Positions 28,901 to 36,841 of a DNA stretch of 64,000 bases are shown in pieces. The notes under the pieces were generated by a model, which made no database searches, was not told where the DNA came from, and saw nothing but the letters and a program-made list of their open reading frames with translations. Each line of letters opens with the position of its first letter. The first letter of the stretch is position 1. The stretch is from Bacteroidota bacterium (GTDB taxonomy: Bacteria > Bacteroidota > Bacteroidia > Bacteroidales > UBA12481), in contig JABHCC010000189.1 in NCBI GenBank assembly GCA_018669475.1, forward strand, positions 18,383 to 82,382, read 5' to 3'. The translations under genes were made by a program, and so were the position numbers.

Positions 28901-29275
28901 CTGACGAGTGATACCAAGGGCTGTTACAACAACTTCATCCAATCTCTGTATGCTCTCCTGAAGCACGATATTAATAATTAGTTTATTTCCAACGAGTACC
29001 TCCTGGACTTCATAGCCAACAAATGAGAATCTCAATATGCTGTTTTCTCCGGGAACATTAATACTATAATCACCATTGCTGTTAGTAATCACACCGGCGC
29101 CGGTGCCTTTCACCACAACAGATACTCCTGGCAGACCATTCCCATCAACAGATGAGGTAACTTTTCCAGATACTTGAATAGTATTTGCCCAAGCATTTCC
29201 AGAAAATATCATGGCGAACAATAAAACGCTGATCATACGTCTTATTAACTTTTTGGAAAAACATTTAATAATCAT
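25919..29275 (-). CDS. SusC/RagA-family TonB-dependent outer-membrane transporter
   Basis: Signal peptide, then a CarboxypepD_reg-like domain (VSGKVTSSVDGNGLPGVSVVVKGT). Plug region DEVVVTALGITRQEKSLGYAV. Long beta-barrel ending in an aromatic residue (...FKFHLTF). No STN/anti-sigma domain is seen. Confidence 0.9.
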   Translation of the reverse strand: MIIKCFSKKLIRRMISVLLFAMIFSGNAWANTIQVSGKVTSSVDGNGLPGVSVVVKGTGAGVITNSNGDYSINVPGENSILRFSFVGYEVQEVLVGNKLIINIVLQESIQRLDEVVVTALGITRQEKSLGYAVGKVDGEDMTRVTRENVISSLAGKVAGVTVNSTGGTGSSVSMVIRGATSLSSDNQPLFVVDGVPMINSLSNMTQFGERNIVDYGNAISDLNPDDIESVSILKGPSAAALYGSRAGNGVVLITTKRGKKDRGITVSITSNTVFDKPFKYFETQKHFSSGYFSFTPDNYPGSVMVVDPAQGAGAGIECDKGYFAIQWQSPRDANGNKVPIELISYPDNVANFVQTGITSTNGVSVSSNTEMMNYRLGVTSMTNRGIIPNSDLFRNNFSVGTDIRASEKLTISSNININKSWSNNRPSSNRGTNPLEWAYKMPLNIDILDLQDYWEPGQEGVQQRTPANGIYNNPYFLANEVNNSFARERFFGNMKAVLQITPEFSLMGRYSIDRYDERRETKISPSYTRESNNGAYGIVDINNFEGNADVLATYNKQLNNFNISVSAGGNSLYRKGSSISNSSKPSTGLIVPEVYTISNIKSGSLNYGSSWYQKAIYSLYGMANLSYNSMIYLDLTARNDWSSTLPKENQSYFYPSASLSVLLNEMLEVGDMFDLLKIRGGWAKVGNDANPYQLYPSYGNAGQWGDATRLSKSGTILTPDLKPEEATSWEIGTDMRIARDRIRIEGTYYSVENRNQIIRNIPIASSSGFSSVNINAGLIESKGWEFLFGGTPIRNNNLVWDIDMNFSRNRTTLVEISDGIDFIEFWRDAKGGAKTYVGDDIGDIYDATLLVVEDPNSPYYGYPIVGGENLRWQDDPSQAFMSKIGNYNPDFLLGLQSGISYKGFTLNMTFDWRKGGQFVSQTHRYMSENKNSQHWLDQMVNPGDRTGQELRDWLIENEETLILNGFHVIGGPTSEYGGFPEGYSGVIVNDGAFIPGVIQNSDGTYTENLGEEGTMFVPYIILYPWSFTKSSTFDADFVKLREVSLTYQIPSDFAHRYGFQDITVSIYSRNINLWTKAKIGVDPERAFQAEASGFKQGIERYNLEPWVMPIGFKFHLTF

Positions 29276-29392
29276 AGTTATTGGGTAGGTTAATAATTGA
29301 TGAATCGAACAATAAATATAAGGAAATTTAAGTAAGTTTGTATTAAGTTTTAACCTTATCTTACAGTGATATTGACAATATAACTATGATAG

Positions 29393-29425
29393 GTTAATAT
29401 TCCTGTAGGAATTGTTAATATTCCT
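29393..29425 (+). promoter_or_regulatory. Candidate operator: 12-bp perfect direct repeat GTTAATATTCCT (two copies, 21 bp start to start) that includes the palindrome ATTCCT-GT-AGGAAT
   Basis: Read directly: copies at 29393-29404 and 29414-25, palindrome at 29399-29412. It lies 26-58 nt upstream of the ATG at 29451, in the divergent region shared with SusC. Confidence 0.3.
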
Positions 29426-29450
29426 TAAATGAAACTAATCTTTCCTATAG

Positions 29451-30332
29451 ATGATAGATATTAAAATCACAACAATTGCTCTATGTCTATTATTGATTTC
29501 ATGCAGAGGCATTAAGGAACTTCCGATAGCTAAATATTATGAATATGACCAGAATTTGCCAGTTCAGGATTCTTTTCATTTAGAAAAAGATACAACAGAT
29601 TCCAATTTGTACTATTTGACATACCAGAGTATTCATGATTGTGAAGTAAACGCTCTATTATCTCTGCCAGAAACAGGGAGAGCACCTTACCCAACGGTAA
29701 TCCTGATGCACGGCCTCGGTGATAGAAAAACTGTTGATTATATTGAGCTTGGTAATAAGTACTTTCTTGAGGCAGGATATGCGGTGCTTAGATTGGATAT
29801 AAGCAACCATGGTGATCGTTACAAAAATGATTACGATTTCAATCTTACATCAGGTTATAAATACTGGTCAAGAGATATAATTTCTCAAACTGTTTTTGAC
29901 CTGAGGCGGGCTGTTGATGTCATTATTAAAAATAATGATCTGGATAATGAGAGAATAGCATATTTTGGAATAAGCCTTGGAGGAATAATCGGTACAATTT
30001 TCTGTGGTGTGGAAAACAGAATTAAAGTACCGATTATTGTATTAGCGGGAGGGAATCTGAATCTTATGTTTGGAATGGATGCATTATCTGCTGAAACAAA
30101 GGAATTCCTGAGTATTATTGACCCGATCAACTATGTTAGAATGATCTCTCCCAGGCCTCTGCTAATGATCAATGCCAGTAATGATGATGTGATTCCACCC
30201 ATAACAAGCAAACTTCTTTTTAAAGCTGCAAAGAAGCCTAAAGAAATCATATGGTATCCAACAAAGCACCATGACTTGCCTATAGAGAAAGTTTATCCTG
30301 ATGGGATTCGCTGGCTACAAGAGTATTTATAA
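29451..30332 (+). CDS. Alpha/beta-hydrolase lipoprotein (esterase, dienelactone-hydrolase/peptidase S9-like)
   Basis: Lipobox LLLISC, nucleophile elbow GISLGG, and later NDDV and KHHD as candidate Asp and His. Confidence 0.7.
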   Translation: MIDIKITTIALCLLLISCRGIKELPIAKYYEYDQNLPVQDSFHLEKDTTDSNLYYLTYQSIHDCEVNALLSLPETGRAPYPTVILMHGLGDRKTVDYIELGNKYFLEAGYAVLRLDISNHGDRYKNDYDFNLTSGYKYWSRDIISQTVFDLRRAVDVIIKNNDLDNERIAYFGISLGGIIGTIFCGVENRIKVPIIVLAGGNLNLMFGMDALSAETKEFLSIIDPINYVRMISPRPLLMINASNDDVIPPITSKLLFKAAKKPKEIIWYPTKHHDLPIEKVYPDGIRWLQEYL

Positions 30333-30337
30333 GTCCT

Positions 30338-32122
30338 ATGAAAAATTCAGCTCGTATACGAAAGCGACTAAAAGCAGTACTAATTCTACTCGGGATTCTG
30401 CTCCTGCTTTCCTATTTTTATATTTTTCTTCCTCTCTGGGGTTACCCTTTTAACCATAAAAGACATGGGAATCCGCCATTAACTCCGGCATGGGCACTTG
30501 AATGTTGGTTATGGGAAGATGATATCAACACAGCCCAAAGAGTTGATGAATTGCTTGAAGGTTATGCCCTGCATGATATCCCGGTACGGACAATCCTCAT
30601 GGACAGTCCATGGAGTTTAAGATATAATGACTTTGAGGTTGACACAGTTCGTTATCCTGAACCTGCAAAATGGTTTGGTAAACTCCAGGATAATGGCTAT
30701 CGGGTGGTTCTCTGGATGACTCCCATGGTTAACAGTTTCAGCAAAGACACAAGGATCAACCAATCTGAACCATGGTATAATACTGCCAAAGATAAGGGAT
30801 ACCTTGTAGACAAGGATGACCAGACCAGGTGGTGGAAAGGCGTAGGTGGCTTCATCGATTACACCAATCCGGAAGCCAAGAAATGGTGGCATGGTATGCA
30901 GCAAAAGGTATTCGATTACGGTATTGATGGTTGGAAACTTGATGGAACCGCAACACTGTTATGGGAAGAACTTGGCCCTGTACCTTTCTTCTATAAGAGA
31001 ACACAAGAAGGATTAATTACAACCCGGGGCTATATGGACCTTTATTATCGCAACGAATATAGTAAGGGGCTAAAACATAATCCGGAATTTGCTACTCTGT
31101 CGCGTGCTATGGACAGAGGATATCATCCTGAAGGTTTTGCACCGATTGATGCAGCCCCGGTCACCTGGGTTGGAGATCAGGAGCATCACTGGGAATCTAA
31201 AGATAATACAGGGAATTCTGATGAAACTAAAACAGACATTGCCCTGAAAGGTATTCAGGGATTTGAATCTGCAATTGAAAATGTATTAAAAAGTGCCAAG
31301 AAAGGCTACAATATTATCGGATCTGATGTTGCGGGGTTCTCTGGAGGCACTATCCCTCCTCGTCTATATATCCGATGGACTCAGTTTTCTGCTTTTTGCG
31401 GATTATTTCTTAACGGAGGACACGGTGAAAGGGCTTTGTGGAAGAGAAGCGAGCAAGAATTGGAAATTATCCGCAAATATTCCTGGCTCCATACTGAGTT
31501 AATACCATACATGTATAGTTATGTTGTTCAGGCGAACCAGGGAGCTGAAGTTTTGCAGAGGCCTGTTCGCGGTAAATATCATTACATGTTTGGTGATTAC
31601 ATTCTTGTTGCTCCCATTTATAAAGATAATTTGAATAATGAGGTCAGGCTACCTGAAGGTCAATGGAGGTATTGGTTTGATGATAACGAGTTACTGGATG
31701 GAAAACAAATCTTCAAGAAGGAATTTCCATTGGATGAGTTTCCTGTTTTTATCAAAGAGGGGGCAATAATTCCAATGAATATAGAAAGGGGGTATACAGG
31801 TATTGGTGACAAGGGCTCCAAGGGCTATTTAACCTTACTGATATATCCTCATTATAATAGTAACTTCACCGTATATGATCCTGAGGACGGGGAAAGTACT
31901 AAAATTGTTGGAGAAGAAACCAGAGAGTCAGTAAAGATTGTTATTACAGGTAAAAAAAGAGCACATATCTTGTCAGTGCATTTTTCATCCAAACCGAAAC
32001 TGGTTAAACTGGATAAGACAGTATTATCAGACTCCCTGGATTATCATTTTGATGAGGAGCGTAATAAATTGATTATCAAAACAGAAGAATACTCATCAGG
32101 AGAGTACATAATATTAAAGTAA
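30338..32122 (+). CDS. GH31-family glycoside hydrolase with an N-terminal membrane anchor
   Basis: N-terminal TM segment (AVLILLGILLLLSYFYIFL). GH31-like blocks GIDGWKLDGTA (nucleophile region) and VTWVGDQEHHW (W-x-GD acid/base region). Confidence 0.75.
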   Translation: MKNSARIRKRLKAVLILLGILLLLSYFYIFLPLWGYPFNHKRHGNPPLTPAWALECWLWEDDINTAQRVDELLEGYALHDIPVRTILMDSPWSLRYNDFEVDTVRYPEPAKWFGKLQDNGYRVVLWMTPMVNSFSKDTRINQSEPWYNTAKDKGYLVDKDDQTRWWKGVGGFIDYTNPEAKKWWHGMQQKVFDYGIDGWKLDGTATLLWEELGPVPFFYKRTQEGLITTRGYMDLYYRNEYSKGLKHNPEFATLSRAMDRGYHPEGFAPIDAAPVTWVGDQEHHWESKDNTGNSDETKTDIALKGIQGFESAIENVLKSAKKGYNIIGSDVAGFSGGTIPPRLYIRWTQFSAFCGLFLNGGHGERALWKRSEQELEIIRKYSWLHTELIPYMYSYVVQANQGAEVLQRPVRGKYHYMFGDYILVAPIYKDNLNNEVRLPEGQWRYWFDDNELLDGKQIFKKEFPLDEFPVFIKEGAIIPMNIERGYTGIGDKGSKGYLTLLIYPHYNSNFTVYDPEDGESTKIVGEETRESVKIVITGKKRAHILSVHFSSKPKLVKLDKTVLSDSLDYHFDEERNKLIIKTEEYSSGEYIILK

Positions 32123-32127
32123 CAAAC

Positions 32128-33138
32128 ATGAAAACAAACAACACAAGGCTTTATGCAATTCGCATTATAACTATTTCATTGTTAGTTATATATTCAACTT
32201 CTTGCATGCAAAAGCAAAAAAAAGACAGTCAGCAAGAGCAGGAGACAAGCTGGGCTGAAAAATTAAACTATCCTTCAGGGAAGAAAGTCATAATTCTTCA
32301 TGCTGATGATGCAGGAATGTCTGCAGGAGCTAATATCGCCACTATTCAATACCTTGAAAACAATCAGATACAATCAGCTGCAGTTATGGCTCCTTGCCCG
32401 AATGCTGAGGAATTTATTCAATGGGCTATTGATCATCCTGATTCAGATGTGGGTATGCACCTCACTTTAACCAGTGAATGGAAAACATATCGTTGGACTG
32501 CGATTGCGAATCCAGATGAGATTCCCGGTCTGATTGATCCTGATGGAATGTTCTGGCATGAAGTCTATGATGTAGTGAAAAGTGCAACTGCTGAAGAGGT
32601 TGAAAAAGAAATCAGGGCTCAAATTGATATGGCAATTTCAATGGGTTATCAGCCCGATCATCTTGACACCCACATGGGAACCCTCTATGGTCATCCAAGT
32701 TATCTGGAAGTGTTTATCAACGTTGCTGAAGAGTATGGCATTCCTGCAAATATTATAGATCTCTCTGATTCTCTCGTTGCTGACAGATTTAGAAAGGAGG
32801 GCTATCCAATAGATGATAATGTTATTGGATTGGTGGATAAATATAGCTTGCCAAAACTTGATAATTTCACCAGCGTTCCTAAAGGGAATACTTATGAGGA
32901 GAAAATTGAAAACTTTACAAAACTTGTCCAATCATTGCCATCTGGTCTTACCGAAATAATATTTCATCCATCAGTTCAAGGTGAACAATTAAAGAGTATT
33001 ACTAATTCCTGGCAACAAAGAGTGTGGGAAGCAGAAATGTTTTCTGATCCAGAATTGATCAGGTTTTTTGAAGACGAAGGGATTATTTTCACAAACTGGA
33101 AAGAAATAATGCAACGATACAGGGAAATGGAAGAATAA
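32128..33138 (+). CDS. YdjC/ChbG-family carbohydrate deacetylase lipoprotein
   Basis: Lipobox YSTSC. YdjC motifs ILHADDAGMS, VGMHLTLTSEW and HLDTHMG. Confidence 0.75.
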   Translation: MKTNNTRLYAIRIITISLLVIYSTSCMQKQKKDSQQEQETSWAEKLNYPSGKKVIILHADDAGMSAGANIATIQYLENNQIQSAAVMAPCPNAEEFIQWAIDHPDSDVGMHLTLTSEWKTYRWTAIANPDEIPGLIDPDGMFWHEVYDVVKSATAEEVEKEIRAQIDMAISMGYQPDHLDTHMGTLYGHPSYLEVFINVAEEYGIPANIIDLSDSLVADRFRKEGYPIDDNVIGLVDKYSLPKLDNFTSVPKGNTYEEKIENFTKLVQSLPSGLTEIIFHPSVQGEQLKSITNSWQQRVWEAEMFSDPELIRFFEDEGIIFTNWKEIMQRYREMEE

Positions 33139-33171
33139 TCTATACTACCAATTTCCATCACGATATAATAT

Positions 33172-34155
33172 TTGAATATGACAATAAAAAGAACCCTTGC
33201 AATTTTGTTTCTGTCTTTTTTTATCCTAGGTGCTTGTATTAGTCAAAATCGAGGGAAGGAAAACCCTCCTAAACCGCCACGCGGCTATTCCGGCGAGAAG
33301 ATATTGAAGCTGGCTATTGCTGTTGGTCTGGTTGATCTGATAGAGAGAAATCCTGAGATACCTGATTATATTGACGAGATTAAAAATGTCACCTATAAGC
33401 AAGTGGGAGATATCTCATTACAGATGGATATTTATAAACGAAAGGATCTGGCTGAAGATGCACCGGTAATCGTTTTTATCCATGGAGGTTCATGGACAAA
33501 AGGTAAGCGATCTGATTACCTGCCTTATCTGCTGGATTATGCGAAAAAGGGATACGTTACTGCAACAATTACTTACAGATTATCCCAGATTGCTATGTTC
33601 CCGGCCGCCCTTGAAGACACCAAATGTGCAGTTCGCTGGATTCGGGCTCATGCAGAAGATTTCATGATTGATTCTGAGAAGATTGCTGTCGTAGGTGGTT
33701 CAGCAGGTGCTCATCTGGCTATGATGATTGCCTATTCCAATGAGAATGAATTTGATGCAGGTTGTAGCGAAACTGCCAGCAGCAAGGTTCAGGCTATTGT
33801 CAATCTTTACGGTCCTGTTGATCTGACCACAGAGTACGCCCGTGAAGCAGGTTCTGTGATAAAATTTTTAGGTGCTACTTATCAGGATGACCCACAAAGA
33901 TATACATATGCATCACCCAAAACATATATATCACCAGGAGATTCTCCGACATTAATCTTTCAAGGGACATTAGATTCTTTGGTTCCTGTGAGCCAGGCAG
34001 ATTCATTGCATGTATGGCTCGAGAAAGCAGGTGTTTATAGTGAATATCATCGATTAAAAGGATGGCCCCATACTATGGATTTATCCAAAAAGGTCAACGA
34101 TTATTGCCAGTATTATATGGATGCATTCTTTGAGAAATACCTTAGAACTGATTGA
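33172..34155 (+). CDS. Alpha/beta-hydrolase esterase (Abhydrolase_3 / BD-FAE-like)
   Basis: Signal with lipobox ILGAC. Oxyanion block VFIHGGSW, nucleophile GGSAGAH, and the late GTLDS and WPH. Confidence 0.75.
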   Translation: MNMTIKRTLAILFLSFFILGACISQNRGKENPPKPPRGYSGEKILKLAIAVGLVDLIERNPEIPDYIDEIKNVTYKQVGDISLQMDIYKRKDLAEDAPVIVFIHGGSWTKGKRSDYLPYLLDYAKKGYVTATITYRLSQIAMFPAALEDTKCAVRWIRAHAEDFMIDSEKIAVVGGSAGAHLAMMIAYSNENEFDAGCSETASSKVQAIVNLYGPVDLTTEYAREAGSVIKFLGATYQDDPQRYTYASPKTYISPGDSPTLIFQGTLDSLVPVSQADSLHVWLEKAGVYSEYHRLKGWPHTMDLSKKVNDYCQYYMDAFFEKYLRTD

Positions 34156-34372
34156 ATAATAACTTATTTTACTACATATTTGCATTCGGTACAAACAAGA
34201 AAAAATTGATAATAAGGGCTTAACAAAGTTAATTGTAAAATATCCTGAAATTACATATGGTTAATATATAAGGTAATTATGTTAAGAAAATATTGCTCTA
34301 TTTGAAAAATAAGTAATAAATTTCACAAAATATTTGATATTAATAATAATCTAAACGCAAAATGGAATAATT

Positions 34373-35284
34373 ATGAAAAAAATTGCTTCTTTTCTTATTA
34401 GCCTTACTGTGATAGGATTTATGGTTCTTTCTTTTTCTTCATGTAAAAAGGTAGACCCACCTACAGTAACAATCTTTGCCAGTGTGGATGGCTATGTGGT
34501 GGCCTTTACTGCAACCGCTACAGACACTGATAATTACAGCTGGACCTTCGGTGATGGTGAAGTGGGATCCGATCAAAACCCCGTACATACCTATGCTCAG
34601 TCTGGATCTTACACAGCTACCCTTACTGTAACAGGAGAAGGTGGAGTAGCAGAGGTATCTACCACGGTTACTATTGCAGCATCCCCATTGGAGATGTTAA
34701 CGGGTGGACCTGCGGCCGCCAATGGCAAAACATGGGTTTTCAGCCCGGCAGGAGGAGAAGGTGATGGAATCTATAAAGCTGATGTAGATTTTACTTTTGA
34801 AGATCCCCTTCCGGCTGGAATTCTGGGTCTGATAGGTCTTCCTACTGAGTATGAGGATGAATTTACTTTCCATAATGATCTTAGCTATTCACATGATGTT
34901 AAGAATGACAGTGTGGTAACTGATATTATTTTTGCGATGATCAATCAAATTCCATTCAGACCATCAGCAGAAGATGTTATTGTTCTTTGTCCGTTTATAC
35001 CTTCTGCTGCCACATTTACATTTACTGAGGGTACTGACTTAACCCTTGAAACAACAAGTGATAGTGACAACGAAAATATCTGGGAAACAACCTGGAGTGG
35101 TGTTACTGTTCTTGAAATCGAAGGGGGAGCAGAATTTTTGGGAGTTATGGATTTCACAAGAAAATATATTGTTTTTAATATTTCTGTTGATGCTCTTCAG
35201 TTAGGAATATTTGTTTCTGCTACTGAAGGATCAAAAATGAATTATCCTTCACACCTATTAAGAATGACCTTTATTCCCAAGTAG
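34373..35284 (+). CDS. PKD-domain surface lipoprotein
   Basis: Lipobox SFSSC. PKD signature YSWTFGDGEVGSDQNPVHTYAQSGSYTATLTVTGEGG. Preceded by a 217-nt AT-rich intergenic region. Confidence 0.7.
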   Translation: MKKIASFLISLTVIGFMVLSFSSCKKVDPPTVTIFASVDGYVVAFTATATDTDNYSWTFGDGEVGSDQNPVHTYAQSGSYTATLTVTGEGGVAEVSTTVTIAASPLEMLTGGPAAANGKTWVFSPAGGEGDGIYKADVDFTFEDPLPAGILGLIGLPTEYEDEFTFHNDLSYSHDVKNDSVVTDIIFAMINQIPFRPSAEDVIVLCPFIPSAATFTFTEGTDLTLETTSDSDNENIWETTWSGVTVLEIEGGAEFLGVMDFTRKYIVFNISVDALQLGIFVSATEGSKMNYPSHLLRMTFIPK

Positions 35285-35322
35285 TAAGCTAAGGAATAAC
35301 AGTCTACAGGTTGGGAAATAAC

Positions 35323-35366
35323 ATAATAAGGGTTTGCAGGGCGATAGCCCTGCAAACCCTTATTAT
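35323..35366. terminator. Bidirectional rho-independent terminator hairpin
   Basis: Perfect 20-bp stem ATAATAAGGGTTTGCAGGGC / GCCCTGCAAACCCTTATTAT with loop GATA. It lies between convergent genes that end at 35284 (+) and 35392 (-), and has A/T-rich flanks on both sides. Confidence 0.75.
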
Positions 35367-35391
35367 TAGCCCCGGCAATTGATTGCTGGCT

Positions 35392-36795
35392 TTAAAGTGA
35401 AATTATCTTTTTCATCATTCGTTTGATTATCTCATCTGTATATGGATCCATGGATGGCCCAAACCATGACATCAAGCGCGATTCATAATCATTCAAATGA
35501 TAATATTTATCTGGAATAATATACCCCACATAATTGCCATTGAAACCGGTTGTCAGCGACTTGAATCCTTCTGCATTCATAGTATTCTTAAAATCAATAG
35601 CTGTTTCTCCACTAAAGTCAGCAGGTGTTGTGGTCCATACCAGATCTCCTATCCTTGCTGTTTGAATATATGTATCACCAAATGATGGTAATAGCTTTCT
35701 GCTTATGACAGGGTTTAGTCGCAGATTATCTGTTACTCTGACATGAAGTTCCGGCAGATTAATTTTTACGCTTAGATAGGCCATTCCAATACTATCATTA
35801 AGCTCAACATACCGGCTATACTTAAGAACACTGTCAGCCAGGGCTTCACCCAAATATGCAGGTTTTTCAAATTTATCTCCCTTGCTCCCGGGACCATGGC
35901 TGCCAACACTACCTGCAAAAAATACAGCCATATCAGCACCTGTATCTTCCAGATGCCGCTGCCAGTAACCAGGGTAGTCAGCACTGAATTGCATATTCCA
36001 TCCACCCAGAGTTGTTGCATGTGCATCAAATGAGCCTATAACAATACTTTTCCCTTCCTCCTGTTTGGCAACTATAAATACAAATTCTGCATTTTTTTCA
36101 CCTCGCTCTCCAATCAGGCGGTTGGAAATTAAATCAGAAGCCTCAAAACTACCTGTGCCAATACTCCCTGGTCTAAGGTCTTCAACAGCATCTTCAATTG
36201 CCTTGGTATATTGTAATACCAGCCAATCTATAATACTCTGATTTGGCAAGCCGGCAAATTGTTTTCCTACATAGCCTTCAGACCAGCCACCAACACTCGA
36301 ATGGGTATGGCTTGCAGTAAAGAAAAGCTGATTTCGCTTGATCCCCAGTTTCTCATCTACTATCCGGCTAACTCCTTCGCTGATATTTGGTGGCACTATC
36401 AGAATGTCGGAGCCAATCATCAAAATTAATCTTTCCTTCACCCGAACAGCTACAACCTTAACAAAAAGACTATCATGAATACCTTCGGCATATGTACCCT
36501 TTCTACTTCCGAATCCAGCCATAGGAACTTCTTTAAAAGCCCCAGCTTCCGGAATATCTTCCTGAGCTCCGATAAGTGGTGTGATACTAGCCTTTCCGGT
36601 TCCAATATAAACTTTGCCTTCTGCCAGGCTTAATTCTTTTGATAAGCTGTCGAAATGTGTAATAGTTTCTTGGTAATAGTCACTTTCAAAATAGGGGGAA
36701 TAATCCACTTTTTCACAAGCCCAAATCAGAACAAGTAAAATAATTACAGATATCACTCCTATGGTCTTTCCTATAATCTTTAAAAACTTCAGCAT
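35392..36795 (-). CDS. Membrane-anchored neutral/alkaline-ceramidase-like amidohydrolase (paralogue 2)
   Basis: N-terminal TM segment (GVISVIILLVLIWAC). Motifs MAGFGSRKGTYAEGIHDSLFVKVVAV...GSDILIV and FTASHTHSSVGGW. Confidence 0.65.
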   Translation of the reverse strand: MLKFLKIIGKTIGVISVIILLVLIWACEKVDYSPYFESDYYQETITHFDSLSKELSLAEGKVYIGTGKASITPLIGAQEDIPEAGAFKEVPMAGFGSRKGTYAEGIHDSLFVKVVAVRVKERLILMIGSDILIVPPNISEGVSRIVDEKLGIKRNQLFFTASHTHSSVGGWSEGYVGKQFAGLPNQSIIDWLVLQYTKAIEDAVEDLRPGSIGTGSFEASDLISNRLIGERGEKNAEFVFIVAKQEEGKSIVIGSFDAHATTLGGWNMQFSADYPGYWQRHLEDTGADMAVFFAGSVGSHGPGSKGDKFEKPAYLGEALADSVLKYSRYVELNDSIGMAYLSVKINLPELHVRVTDNLRLNPVISRKLLPSFGDTYIQTARIGDLVWTTTPADFSGETAIDFKNTMNAEGFKSLTTGFNGNYVGYIIPDKYYHLNDYESRLMSWFGPSMDPYTDEIIKRMMKKIISL

Positions 36796-36841
36796 GCAAT
36801 TTGCTAATAAAATTTACTTCTTACATTTTAAAAAATTCTCA

